Of a DNA stretch of 64,000 nucleotides, positions 19,073-26,728 are shown piece after piece (position 1 is the stretch's first letter; each line of letters begins with the position of its first letter). The notes below the pieces were generated by a model, which was not told where the DNA came from, did no database searches, and saw nothing but the letters and a program-made list of their open reading frames with translations. A program made the translations under genes and the position numbers. The DNA comes from Candidatus Eiseniibacteriota bacterium. Lineage in GTDB: Bacteria; Eisenbacteria; RBG-16-71-46. The DNA lies in contig JBGAOA010000008.1 in assembly GCA_044222065.1 (NCBI GenBank), positions 1-64,000 of the forward strand, read 5' to 3'.

Positions 19073-19794
19073 TCGCCCCACTGCAAGCGGTCCGCGAGGA
19101 ACGGCGGCAGCCCCGCCTGCCGGATGCGGGCTCCGGCGGCGGCGACGTCGTAGGGCACGCGGCGGTGGACGAGCGTGCGCGCGGCGACGTCGTAGACGAG
19201 GTAGGCGGCGTTCGGATCGCCGTCGCGCGGCTGGCCGACGCTGCCGACGTTGACGAGGTAGCGGCAGCCGTCGCGCATCGAGATCTCGGGCTCGCGCGTG
19301 TATCGCACGCGCCCCTCCTCGGCTTCGTACGAACCCGGGTAGTGCGAGTGCCCGATGAAGCACACGGCTTCCTCGAACGCCGACAGTTCGTACTCGGCGT
19401 CGTACGGCGACAGCACGTAGTTCCAGTCCTCGGGCGACGCCGGAGAGGAGTGCACGAGCAGCGCGCCGGCGCGGCGCTCGACGTACGGCAGCGCTTCGAG
19501 GTACGCGCGGTTCTCGGCCGTGAGCGCGGCGTCGGTCCAGCGCGCGGCCGAGGCGGCGTCGGAGTTGAAGTAGCGCAGCTGCAAGCGGCCGCACGCCGCG
19601 AGGTCGTGATTGCCGGCGACCGCGCACACGATGCGCGGCCGAAGCCGCTCGATGCACTCGTTCGGCGAGGCGCCGTAGCCGACGAAGTCGCCGAGGCACA
19701 CGGTCTCGTCGATGCGCTGGCCTTCGAGGTCGGCGAGAACGGCGTCGAGCGCCTCGAGGTTGCCGTGCACGTCGGAGACGATCGCGAGCCGCAT
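19069..19794 (-). CDS. Calcineurin-like metallophosphoesterase
   Basis: SDVHGN, LGDFVGYG, GNHD, GHSH, NVGSVGQPRDG. Confidence 0.9.
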   Translation of the reverse strand: MRLAIVSDVHGNLEALDAVLADLEGQRIDETVCLGDFVGYGASPNECIERLRPRIVCAVAGNHDLAACGRLQLRYFNSDAASAARWTDAALTAENRAYLEALPYVERRAGALLVHSSPASPEDWNYVLSPYDAEYELSAFEEAVCFIGHSHYPGSYEAEEGRVRYTREPEISMRDGCRYLVNVGSVGQPRDGDPNAAYLVYDVAARTLVHRRVPYDVAAAGARIRQAGLPPFLADRLQWGE

Positions 19795-20321
19795 CAGAAT
19801 TCCCCGGGCCGCACGTCGCGCGCGACGCGGTCGAGGACGCCGTTGACGAACCGCCCCGACTCCTCGCTCCCGAACGTCTTCGCGAGCTCCACGGCCTCGT
19901 CGAGGACGACGCGCGCGGGCGTGCCGCGGCGCTCGAGAAGCTCGGCGACCGCGATGCGCAGCACGGCACGGTCGGTCGCGGCGAGGCGGTCGAGCGGCCA
20001 GTGCTCGGCGGCGCGCTGGATCGTCTCGTCCACTTCGGCGCCGCGCGCGCCCAGGCAGCGGAACACGTCGTCCACGAGTTCGCGCTGGTCCTTCGACAGG
20101 CGCTCGTCCTCGCGGCGCGCGGGCCACGCGGCCGAGAACGGCTCGCCGGTCAGCTCGGCCTGATAGGCGACGCGGAACGCGATCTCGCGCGCGTGTCGCC
20201 GCGCCGACTCACCGCCGCGCTTCGTGATCGTCCGGGCGCCCTTCGGCACGCGCTTCTCCCCCGTCGAGTCCGTGTTCGTGGTCGCGTCCGCGCTCCGCAC
20301 CGGGCGGCCGGGGCGCGTCAT
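19794..20321 (-). CDS. nusB: Transcription antitermination factor NusB
   Basis: RRHAREIAF, WPLDRLAATDRAVLR, DEAVELAKTFG, FVNGVLD; follows ribH. The start could be further downstream. Confidence 0.9.
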   Translation of the reverse strand: MTRPGRPVRSADATTNTDSTGEKRVPKGARTITKRGGESARRHAREIAFRVAYQAELTGEPFSAAWPARREDERLSKDQRELVDDVFRCLGARGAEVDETIQRAAEHWPLDRLAATDRAVLRIAVAELLERRGTPARVVLDEAVELAKTFGSEESGRFVNGVLDRVARDVRPGEF

Positions 20322-20797
20322 GCCCCGGAACCGCGCACGGCGCGCGAAAGCCGCGCCATCTGGATCGCGGCGAGCGCCGCGTCGGCGCCGCGATTGCCGA
20401 GTTCGCCACCGGTCCGGGCCGCGGCCTGCGGCGCATCGTAAGCCGCCAGAACCCCGTTGGCCACCGGCACGCCGGTGTCGAGCGACACGCGGAGCAGGCC
20501 GTCGGAGGCCGCGTCGCAGACGAGGCGGAAGTGCTCGGTCTCGCCGCGGATCACGCAGCCGAGCGCGACGACCGCGTCGAAGCGCCGCGAGTCCGCCGCC
20601 CAGCGGGCCGCGAGCGGAAGCTCGTAGCTGCCCGGCACCCACCAGGTCTCGATCGCGGCGTCGTCCGCGCCGCGGCCGCGCAGCACCTGCAGCGCCGCCG
20701 CGAGCAGGCGCTCGACGTACTCGGCGTTGAACCGCGCCGCGACGACGCAGAACCGCAGCCCCGAGGCGTCCGAGTCGGGCTTGCGCTCGAGGCTCAT
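20318..20797 (-). CDS. ribH: 6,7-dimethyl-8-ribityllumazine synthase
   Basis: ARFN, VPGSYELP, ALGCVIRGETEHF, VPVANGVL. Confidence 0.93.
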   Translation of the reverse strand: MSLERKPDSDASGLRFCVVAARFNAEYVERLLAAALQVLRGRGADDAAIETWWVPGSYELPLAARWAADSRRFDAVVALGCVIRGETEHFRLVCDAASDGLLRVSLDTGVPVANGVLAAYDAPQAAARTGGELGNRGADAALAAIQMARLSRAVRGSGA

Positions 20798-22089
20798 TCG
20801 CCCGCCTCCGGCAGCAGGTCGAGCAGGTGCCCGAGCTTGTCGCGCTTCGTCGCGAGATAGCGCCGGTTGAAGCGGTTCGCCGGGATCTTCACGGCGACGC
20901 GGCGGGCGATCTCGAGCCCGTAGGCCTCGAGCCCGATGATCTTGCGCGGGTTGTTCGTCATGAGAGCGATCCGCCGGACGCCGAGGTCCACGAGGATCTG
21001 CGCCCCGATGCCGTAGTCGCGCAGGTCGGCCGGGAAGCCGAGCTTCACGTTCGCCTCGACCGTGTCGTAGCCACGGTCCTGAAGCTCGTAGGCGCGCAGC
21101 TTGTTCGCGAGCCCGATGCCGCGGCCCTCCTGCCGCAGGTAGAGGAACACGCCGCGGCCCTTGCGCGCGATCGCGCGCAGCGCGGAGCGCATCTGCGGAC
21201 CGCAGTCGCAGCGCTGCGAGCCGAACACGTCGCCCGTGAGGCACTGGCTGTGAACGCGCGAGAGCACGGGGCCGCCGCGGCGCAGGTCCCCCATCACGAG
21301 CGCGACGTGGTGGTCGCCCGCGAGCACGTCTTCGTAGAGATGCAGCGTGAAGCGCCCCTCGGCGGTCGGCAGCGGCACCGACACGACGCGGCGCACGAGG
21401 CGTTCGCGGTGACGCCGGTACTCGATCAGCGCGCGGATCGTCAGGATGCCGAGCCCGTGCGCGCGCGCGAAGCGCTGCAGTTCCGGCAGGCGCATCATGT
21501 GGCCGTCGTCCGTGAGCACCTCGCACAGCGCGCCGACGGGCCGCAGACCCGCGAGCCGGCACAGGTCCGGCACGGCTTCGCTGTGTCCCGCGCGCCGCAG
21601 CACGCCGCCCGGCATCGCGCGCAGCGGGAACACGTGGCCGGGGCGGTCGAAGTCGCGCGAGCCGGTCTTCGGGTCGGCGAGCGCGCGCAGCGTCTTCGCG
21701 CGGTCGAACGCGCTCGTGCCGGTCGTCGTGCCGCGCCGCACGTCCACCGATTCGGTGAACGGCGTGCCGAAGCGCGCGGTGTTCTTCTCGACCATGAGTT
21801 CGAGCCCGAGCCGTTCGGCTTCCTCGGCGGCCATCGGCGCGCACAGGATTCCGCGCCCGTGCTTGATCGCGAAGTTCACCTGCTCGGGCGTCGCGGTCTC
21901 GGCCGGGAACACGACGTCGCCTTCGTTCTCGCGATCGGCGTCGTCCACGACGATGATCATCCGGCCCGTGCGGAACCGCCGGATCGCCTCGGGAACGGTG
22001 AGGAACACGGACTCCCGCGCGGTGCGGGTTCCGGCGCCGGCGCGCGCGCGCGCCGGAGTCCTGCGCTTCGACGGCGAACGCCGCCTCAT
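20794..22089 (-). CDS. ribBA: Bifunctional DHBP synthase / GTP cyclohydrolase II
   Basis: DDADRENEGD, RPGHVFPL, RAGHSEA, RVHSQCLTGDVFGSQRCDCG, QEGRGIGL, MTNNPRK. Confidence 0.95.
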   Translation of the reverse strand: MRRRSPSKRRTPARARAGAGTRTARESVFLTVPEAIRRFRTGRMIIVVDDADRENEGDVVFPAETATPEQVNFAIKHGRGILCAPMAAEEAERLGLELMVEKNTARFGTPFTESVDVRRGTTTGTSAFDRAKTLRALADPKTGSRDFDRPGHVFPLRAMPGGVLRRAGHSEAVPDLCRLAGLRPVGALCEVLTDDGHMMRLPELQRFARAHGLGILTIRALIEYRRHRERLVRRVVSVPLPTAEGRFTLHLYEDVLAGDHHVALVMGDLRRGGPVLSRVHSQCLTGDVFGSQRCDCGPQMRSALRAIARKGRGVFLYLRQEGRGIGLANKLRAYELQDRGYDTVEANVKLGFPADLRDYGIGAQILVDLGVRRIALMTNNPRKIIGLEAYGLEIARRVAVKIPANRFNRRYLATKRDKLGHLLDLLPEAGE

Positions 22090-22715
22090 GACTGCCTCCG
22101 GGTGACGCCCGCGTCGTCGAGCAGGCGCGCGACGTAGCGGGCGACGAGATCCACTTCGAGATGCACTCGCCGCCCGGGGACGTAGTCCCCCGCGACGGTC
22201 ACGGCGAGCGTGTGCGGGATGAACGCGACCTGGAACGTGCGCGCGTCGCAGGCTGCGACCGTGAGGCTGACGCCGTCCACCGCGACCGAGCCCTTCTCGG
22301 CGACGAAGCGCGCGAGCGTTCCGGGCGCCTCGAACGTCACGCGCGCGCCCTCGCCCTCGCGCGCGACCGCGAGCACTTCGGCGACGGCGTCCACGTGACC
22401 GACGACGAGGTGCCCGCCGAGCCGCTGGTCGGCGCGCACGCTGCGCTCGAGGTTCACGCGCTCGCCCGGCGTCCACGCGCCGAGCGTCGTGCGCGAGAGC
22501 GTCTCGGGCACGGCCTCGACGGCGAAGCGCCCGTCGCGCCCCTCGGCCGGGGATGCGAGCTTCACGACGGTGAGGCAGCAGCCGTTGACGGCGATGCTGT
22601 CGCCCACGGCGGCGTCCTCGAGCACGCGCGGAGCGGCGATCCAGAAACGCCGCCCGCCTTCCATCGGTTCGACCGCCTCGACGCGGCCCAGCGCTTCCAC
22701 GATTCCGGTGAACAT
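22086..22715 (-). CDS. ribE: Riboflavin synthase (alpha)
   Basis: Signature N-terminus MFTGIVE, GDSIAVNGCCLTV, GGHLVVGHVD, KGSVAVDGVSLTV. Confidence 0.95.
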   Translation of the reverse strand: MFTGIVEALGRVEAVEPMEGGRRFWIAAPRVLEDAAVGDSIAVNGCCLTVVKLASPAEGRDGRFAVEAVPETLSRTTLGAWTPGERVNLERSVRADQRLGGHLVVGHVDAVAEVLAVAREGEGARVTFEAPGTLARFVAEKGSVAVDGVSLTVAACDARTFQVAFIPHTLAVTVAGDYVPGRRVHLEVDLVARYVARLLDDAGVTRRQS

Positions 22716-23824
22716 CAGCGCGCCACCTCCACGAGCAGGTACGCGTCGTCGCCGAAGCGGCGCTGTTCGAGCAGCCGCCCCCCGCGCGCTCGGGCGAGCG
22801 AGCGGCCCGGCCAGCGGCCGAGCCACGCGAGCGAGTCGGCGCCGAGCACGCGCGGCGCGACGAACACCGCGACGCGGTCCACGAGGCCGCGGCGCAGCCA
22901 CGGCGTCCCGAGGCCGGGACCGCACTCGAGCATCACGTCGTGGCAGCCGTGAGCGGCGAGCCGCGCGAGCAGCGCCGCAGCCGAGACGGCGCCGCGCGGC
23001 GCGGGCAGCCGCCACACGCGCACGCCGCGCGCGAGCAGCCGGCTCTCCCGCGCGCGGCTCGCGCGCGGCCCGCACGCGACGATCGTCCCGCGCGCGAGCG
23101 CGGGCCCGAAGAGCCGAAGCGTCGGCGGCAGCGCGAGCGCCGAATCCACGACGATGCGCAGCGGCTGGCGCACGACGCCGCGGCCGCGCGCCGTGAGCCG
23201 CGGATCGTCGGCCGCCGCCGTGCCCGCCCCCACGACGATCGCGTCCGCCGCGGCCCGCAGCCGGTGAACGTGAGCACGCGAGGCGGTGTTCGTGATCCAG
23301 CGCGAGCGGCCCGCCGGGTCGGCGATGCGGCCGTCGAGCGTCGCGGCGACCTTCCACGTGACCCGAGGCCGGCCGTGGCGGTGGCGGAACGCGTAGGCGC
23401 CGAGCAGTTCGCGCGCCTCGCGCTCGAGCACGCCGAGCGTGACGCGCACGCCGCCCGCGCGCAGGCGGCGAAGGCCGCGGCCGTTCACGATCGCGTGCGG
23501 GTCGCGCGTCGCGACGACGCAGCGGCCGACGCGCGCGGCGAGGATCGCGTCCACGCACGGCGGCGTGCGGCCCACGTGGGCGCACGGCTCGAGCGTCACG
23601 TAGAGCGTCGCGCCGCGCGCGCGAGCGCCGGCCGCGCGCAGCGCGACCGCCTCGGCGTGGTCTTCGCCGAGCGCGCGATGCCAGCCCTCCCCGACGACGC
23701 GGCCGCCGCGCACGACGACGGCGCCGACGTTCGGATTCGGACGCGTGCGCACGCCGCCGCGGCGCGCGAGTTCGAGCGCCCGCCGCATGAATCGTTCATC
23801 CGCTGTCGAAGTGGTCCGGCTCAT
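22715..23824 (-). CDS. ribD: Riboflavin biosynthesis deaminase/reductase
   Basis: PNPNVGAV, HAE, TLEPCAHVGRTPPC, KVAATLDGRI, SRWIT, DDPRLTAR. Confidence 0.93.
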   Translation of the reverse strand: MSRTTSTADERFMRRALELARRGGVRTRPNPNVGAVVVRGGRVVGEGWHRALGEDHAEAVALRAAGARARGATLYVTLEPCAHVGRTPPCVDAILAARVGRCVVATRDPHAIVNGRGLRRLRAGGVRVTLGVLEREARELLGAYAFRHRHGRPRVTWKVAATLDGRIADPAGRSRWITNTASRAHVHRLRAAADAIVVGAGTAAADDPRLTARGRGVVRQPLRIVVDSALALPPTLRLFGPALARGTIVACGPRASRARESRLLARGVRVWRLPAPRGAVSAAALLARLAAHGCHDVMLECGPGLGTPWLRRGLVDRVAVFVAPRVLGADSLAWLGRWPGRSLARARGGRLLEQRRFGDDAYLLVEVAR

Positions 23825-23915
23825 GCCCGCCTGAAACGAACTCCCCGTGTCGGACTCCACGGGGCGTGGCAGGGCAAGCGCCTGCGGGGCCCGGGACGGA
23901 AACCCAGGGCCCTTC

Positions 23916-24079
23916 TCCTTCTTTCATCCCGACTGTACGGTCGGCCCCGGAGTTTCACCGGGTCTGCTGCAGAGCGTCCGGCTGTCGCACGAAGCGCCGG
24001 ACCCGAAGTCCGGTGCGCCGGTCGCTCCCGCTCGCGGGCTTTACCGCCGGTGGGGACTTGCACCCCGCCCCGAAGGAGC
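23916..24079 (-). ncRNA. FMN riboswitch (RFN element)
   Basis: Minus strand CTTCGGGGCGGGGTGCAAGTCCCCACCGGCGGTAAAGCCCGCGAGC...GCAGACCCGGTGAAACTCCGGGGCCGACCGTACAGTCGGGATGAAAGAAG matches the conserved RFN blocks; about 90 nt upstream of ribD. Confidence 0.95.
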
Positions 24080-24155
24080 TGTGAGGGCGCGGACACTAGA
24101 GAGCGCCCTCGCAGCTGTCAAAGGCGCGCGGGCGGAATGTCGCGCGGAGGCGCGC

Positions 24156-24731
24156 TCAGAAGTGGAAGACGAGCCGCGCGCCGAACAGCGTCCACGTCTC
24201 CTCGTCGAGGAGCCCGAGCCGTGAACTCAGCTCGAGTCCGACGCGGACCGGCATCGGCCGCTTCGACATCAGCGTCGCGTCGAGCCCGAAGCCGAGGGCG
24301 TTCTCGCCGCGCGCGAGATCTTCGAATGCGACCGCGGCGCCCGAGGCGGAGACTTCGGCGTTGCCGTGCACGATCCCGGGGCCGAACGACACGCGGCCGA
24401 CGGGGCCCAGCCCCTTCGGCTGCCAGTGCGTCATCAGCAGCAGGTCCACCTGCGAGTAGTCCACGGACGCCGCGAGGCTGCCGCGTTCGACGTTGCGGCC
24501 GCCGAGCAGGTGGAAGCCGAGGTCGAGTCCGATTCGCCAGTCGGGCAAAAGCGGAACGTCGAGTCCCGCGGAAGCGGAGAGCGAGCCGCCCGGAGCGTCG
24601 GACACGAACAGCTTCGCGCCGCCAACGCCCACGTGGCCGCCGATCGATTCGAGCTTCGGCCCCGCGCAGGCCGCACCGGCGAGCGCGAGGGTGGCCGCGA
24701 TAGCGGCGGCGAACGCCGCGGCGCGCTTCAT
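24156..24731 (-). CDS. Small outer-membrane beta-barrel protein
   Basis: Signal peptide MKRAAAFAAAIAATLALA, alternating beta-strand patterns, C-terminal ARLVFHF beta-signal; ATGA overlap with the ychF-like stop. Confidence 0.65.
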   Translation of the reverse strand: MKRAAAFAAAIAATLALAGAACAGPKLESIGGHVGVGGAKLFVSDAPGGSLSASAGLDVPLLPDWRIGLDLGFHLLGGRNVERGSLAASVDYSQVDLLLMTHWQPKGLGPVGRVSFGPGIVHGNAEVSASGAAVAFEDLARGENALGFGLDATLMSKRPMPVRVGLELSSRLGLLDEETWTLFGARLVFHF

Positions 24732-25777
24732 TTGTTGAACCGGATCTCGAGACATTCGCCGTCCTTCACGACGTACTCGCGGCCCTCGAGCCGGAGCAGC
24801 GCCTTCTCCTTCGCCTTCGCGTGGCCGCCCGCGTCCAGCAGTTCCTGCCAGCCGACGACCTCCGCGCGGATGAACCCCTTCGCGAGATCCGAGTGGATCT
24901 CGCCTGCGGCGTCCACCGCCTTCTCGCCGCGCGCGATCGTCCACGCGCGGACCTCGTCCGGACCGACCGTGAAGAACGAGATCAGCCCGAGCAGCTCGTA
25001 GCTCGCCCGGATCACGAGGCCGAGCCCGTCCTCCTCGACGCCCATCTCGGCGCGGAACGTCGCGCGCTCCTCGGCCGGGAGCGACACGATCTCGCGTTCG
25101 AGATGCGCCCGCAGCGCGACCGCCATCGCGTTCGGCCCGGGCGCGGGCGGCGTGCGCGTGGACGCGTCGTCCTGGTTGTACACCGCGAGCAGCGGCTTGC
25201 GCGACAGAAGTTGGAAGCCGCGCAGCCACCGGTCCTCGTCGGCGTCGAACGCGACGCCGCGCAGCGCCTGTTCCCCCTCGAGCAGTTCGCGGCAGCGCTG
25301 AAGCACCTGGTGCTCGCGCTCGCCCTGCTTCTTGCCGACGCGCAGTTCCTTCTCGATTCGCTCCAAGCGCGTCTCGCAGATCGCGAGGTCGTTCAGGATC
25401 AGCTCGGCCTCGAGGTTGCGGAGGTCGCGGGCGGGATCCACGCCGCCGGGCTGCGGCACGGCCGGATTCTCGAAGTCGCGCACGACGGCGACGAGCATGT
25501 CGCAGTTGCGCACGGCGGCGAACAGGTCCACGCCCTTTCCCGGCTTCGTTCCGTGCCCCGCCGCGGCGCTGTCCACGAACTGGATCTGCGCGTACGTCGT
25601 CTTCTTCGGCTGGAACAGCGCGGACAAACGGTCGATCCGCTCGTCGGGCACCTTCACGACTCCGACGGCGTCGCGCCCGGACGGCCCGGGCGCGGAGCCT
25701 CCCGCGCCCTGCAGCAGGATCTCGAAAAGGGTGGTCTTGCCCGACTGCGGCAGACCGAGCAGGCCGACTCGTTTCAT
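24728..25777 (-). CDS. ychF: YchF/Obg-family P-loop NTPase (divergent), C-terminal DUF933
   Basis: GLPQSGKT, VKVPDERIDRL, FFTVGPDEVRAWT, AAGEIHSDLAKGFIRAEV, LEGREYVVKDG. Confidence 0.8.
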   Translation of the reverse strand: MKRVGLLGLPQSGKTTLFEILLQGAGGSAPGPSGRDAVGVVKVPDERIDRLSALFQPKKTTYAQIQFVDSAAAGHGTKPGKGVDLFAAVRNCDMLVAVVRDFENPAVPQPGGVDPARDLRNLEAELILNDLAICETRLERIEKELRVGKKQGEREHQVLQRCRELLEGEQALRGVAFDADEDRWLRGFQLLSRKPLLAVYNQDDASTRTPPAPGPNAMAVALRAHLEREIVSLPAEERATFRAEMGVEEDGLGLVIRASYELLGLISFFTVGPDEVRAWTIARGEKAVDAAGEIHSDLAKGFIRAEVVGWQELLDAGGHAKAKEKALLRLEGREYVVKDGECLEIRFNK

Positions 25778-25795
25778 GGGGCCTCGATCGGACGT

Positions 25796-25827
25796 GAAAA
25801 ACCCGCGGGGCGTGTTCCCCGCGGGTT
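25796..25827 (-). terminator. Intrinsic terminator-like hairpin in front of ychF
   Basis: Minus strand AACCCGCGGGG-AACACG-CCCCGCGGG-TTTTT: perfect stem followed by a T5 tract. Confidence 0.6.
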
Positions 25828-25843
25828 CGAACTCGGGTGCGGC

Positions 25844-25872
25844 AGTCTAGGAGCGGGCTATCGAATCGTCAA
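25844..25872 (-). promoter_or_regulatory. sigma70-type promoter for ychF
   Basis: TTGACG-N17-TAGACT on the minus strand; the -35 overlaps the zf-HC2 stop codon. Confidence 0.55.
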
Positions 25873-26123
25873 CGCCCCGTGCCGTCGCGCGTCTCGTACT
25901 CGCGCGAGAGCGCGAGCGCGAGTTGCTCGCTGACGCGCGCGGGCATCGGCACTTCGACGTTGTTCTGGTAGAGGACGATCGTCTTCTTCACCGTGTCGAC
26001 GTAGACGCGACAGTCGCGACAGCGGACGAGGTGCGCTTCCATCGCGCGGCAGAGTTCGAGGCGCGCGTCCTCGTCGAGATAGTCGGCGAGGTGCTCGAAC
26101 ACCTCGTTGCAGTTCAGATCCAA
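25869..26123 (-). CDS. zf-HC2 (ZAS) anti-sigma-like zinc finger protein
   Basis: C...L.DYLD...HLVRCRDC (Hx3Cx2C); TTG start; 84 aa. Confidence 0.8.
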   Translation of the reverse strand: MDLNCNEVFEHLADYLDEDARLELCRAMEAHLVRCRDCRVYVDTVKKTIVLYQNNVEVPMPARVSEQLALALSREYETRDGTGR

Positions 26124-26324
26124 GGCTGTCGTTCTCCGTGTTCGGCCGTGGGGAACCGAAGTGGCGCGGGGCCCTTCATCGGACGACCCGGGCGCCGACC
26201 GCGGCGCCGATCCGTGGCTCTAGATGCAGGGCCGCGAGTGCCGGTTTGCAGAAAATTGACCCGATTCGGAGGTGCCGGAAGACGCGGAAACTGCACGGGC
26301 GTGCCGCCCGGCGAACCCGCGGCC

Positions 26325-26400
26325 TGGTGACCCGTGCTGGAATCGAACCAGCGACCCTCTGCTTAAAAGGCAGGTGCTCTACCGACTGAGCTAACGGGTC
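26325..26400 (-). tRNA. tRNA-Lys (anticodon UUU)
   Basis: GACCCGTTAGCTCAGTCGGTAGAGCACCTGC-CTTTTAA-GCAGAGGGTCGCTGGTTCGATTCCAGCACGGGTCACCA; 76-nt cloverleaf with encoded CCA. Confidence 0.96.
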
Positions 26401-26455
26401 ACGAGGCCGCGCGGTGCGTGAGCGGCACGCCCGCGGAGCGACGCGCGACGCCGCG

Positions 26456-26485
26456 GTTATATCGGCTGAGCCCGCGCAGTGGCAA
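26456..26485 (-). promoter_or_regulatory. Putative sigma70 promoter of tRNA-Lys
   Basis: TTGCCA-N18-TATAAC on the minus strand, about 55 nt upstream of the tRNA. Confidence 0.4.
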
Positions 26486-26524
26486 ACCTCGCACCCCCTG
26501 GGTCCCCGCTCGACCGGCCGCACG

Positions 26525-26728
26525 TCAGCACTCCTTCGAGGGCGGCGCGGCGCCGCGGGGCTTCGCGCGATCCCGCCCCGGCTTCCACTCCGACTCGTCG
26601 TCGAGCGCGCGATAGGCGGGCGTGACGAGGTCGTCGTACTGGCCGCGGCGCGCGCTCCAGTGGAAGGCGACGACCGCGACGACGAGCAGCAGGAACGCCG
26701 CCGGGGTGACCACGTAGAGCACGCTCAT
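26525..26728 (-). CDS. ccoS: cbb3-type oxidase maturation protein CcoS/FixS
   Basis: MSVLYVV...FHWSARRGQYDDLVTPAYRALDDE. Confidence 0.9.
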   Translation of the reverse strand: MSVLYVVTPAAFLLLVVAVVAFHWSARRGQYDDLVTPAYRALDDESEWKPGRDRAKPRGAAPPSKEC

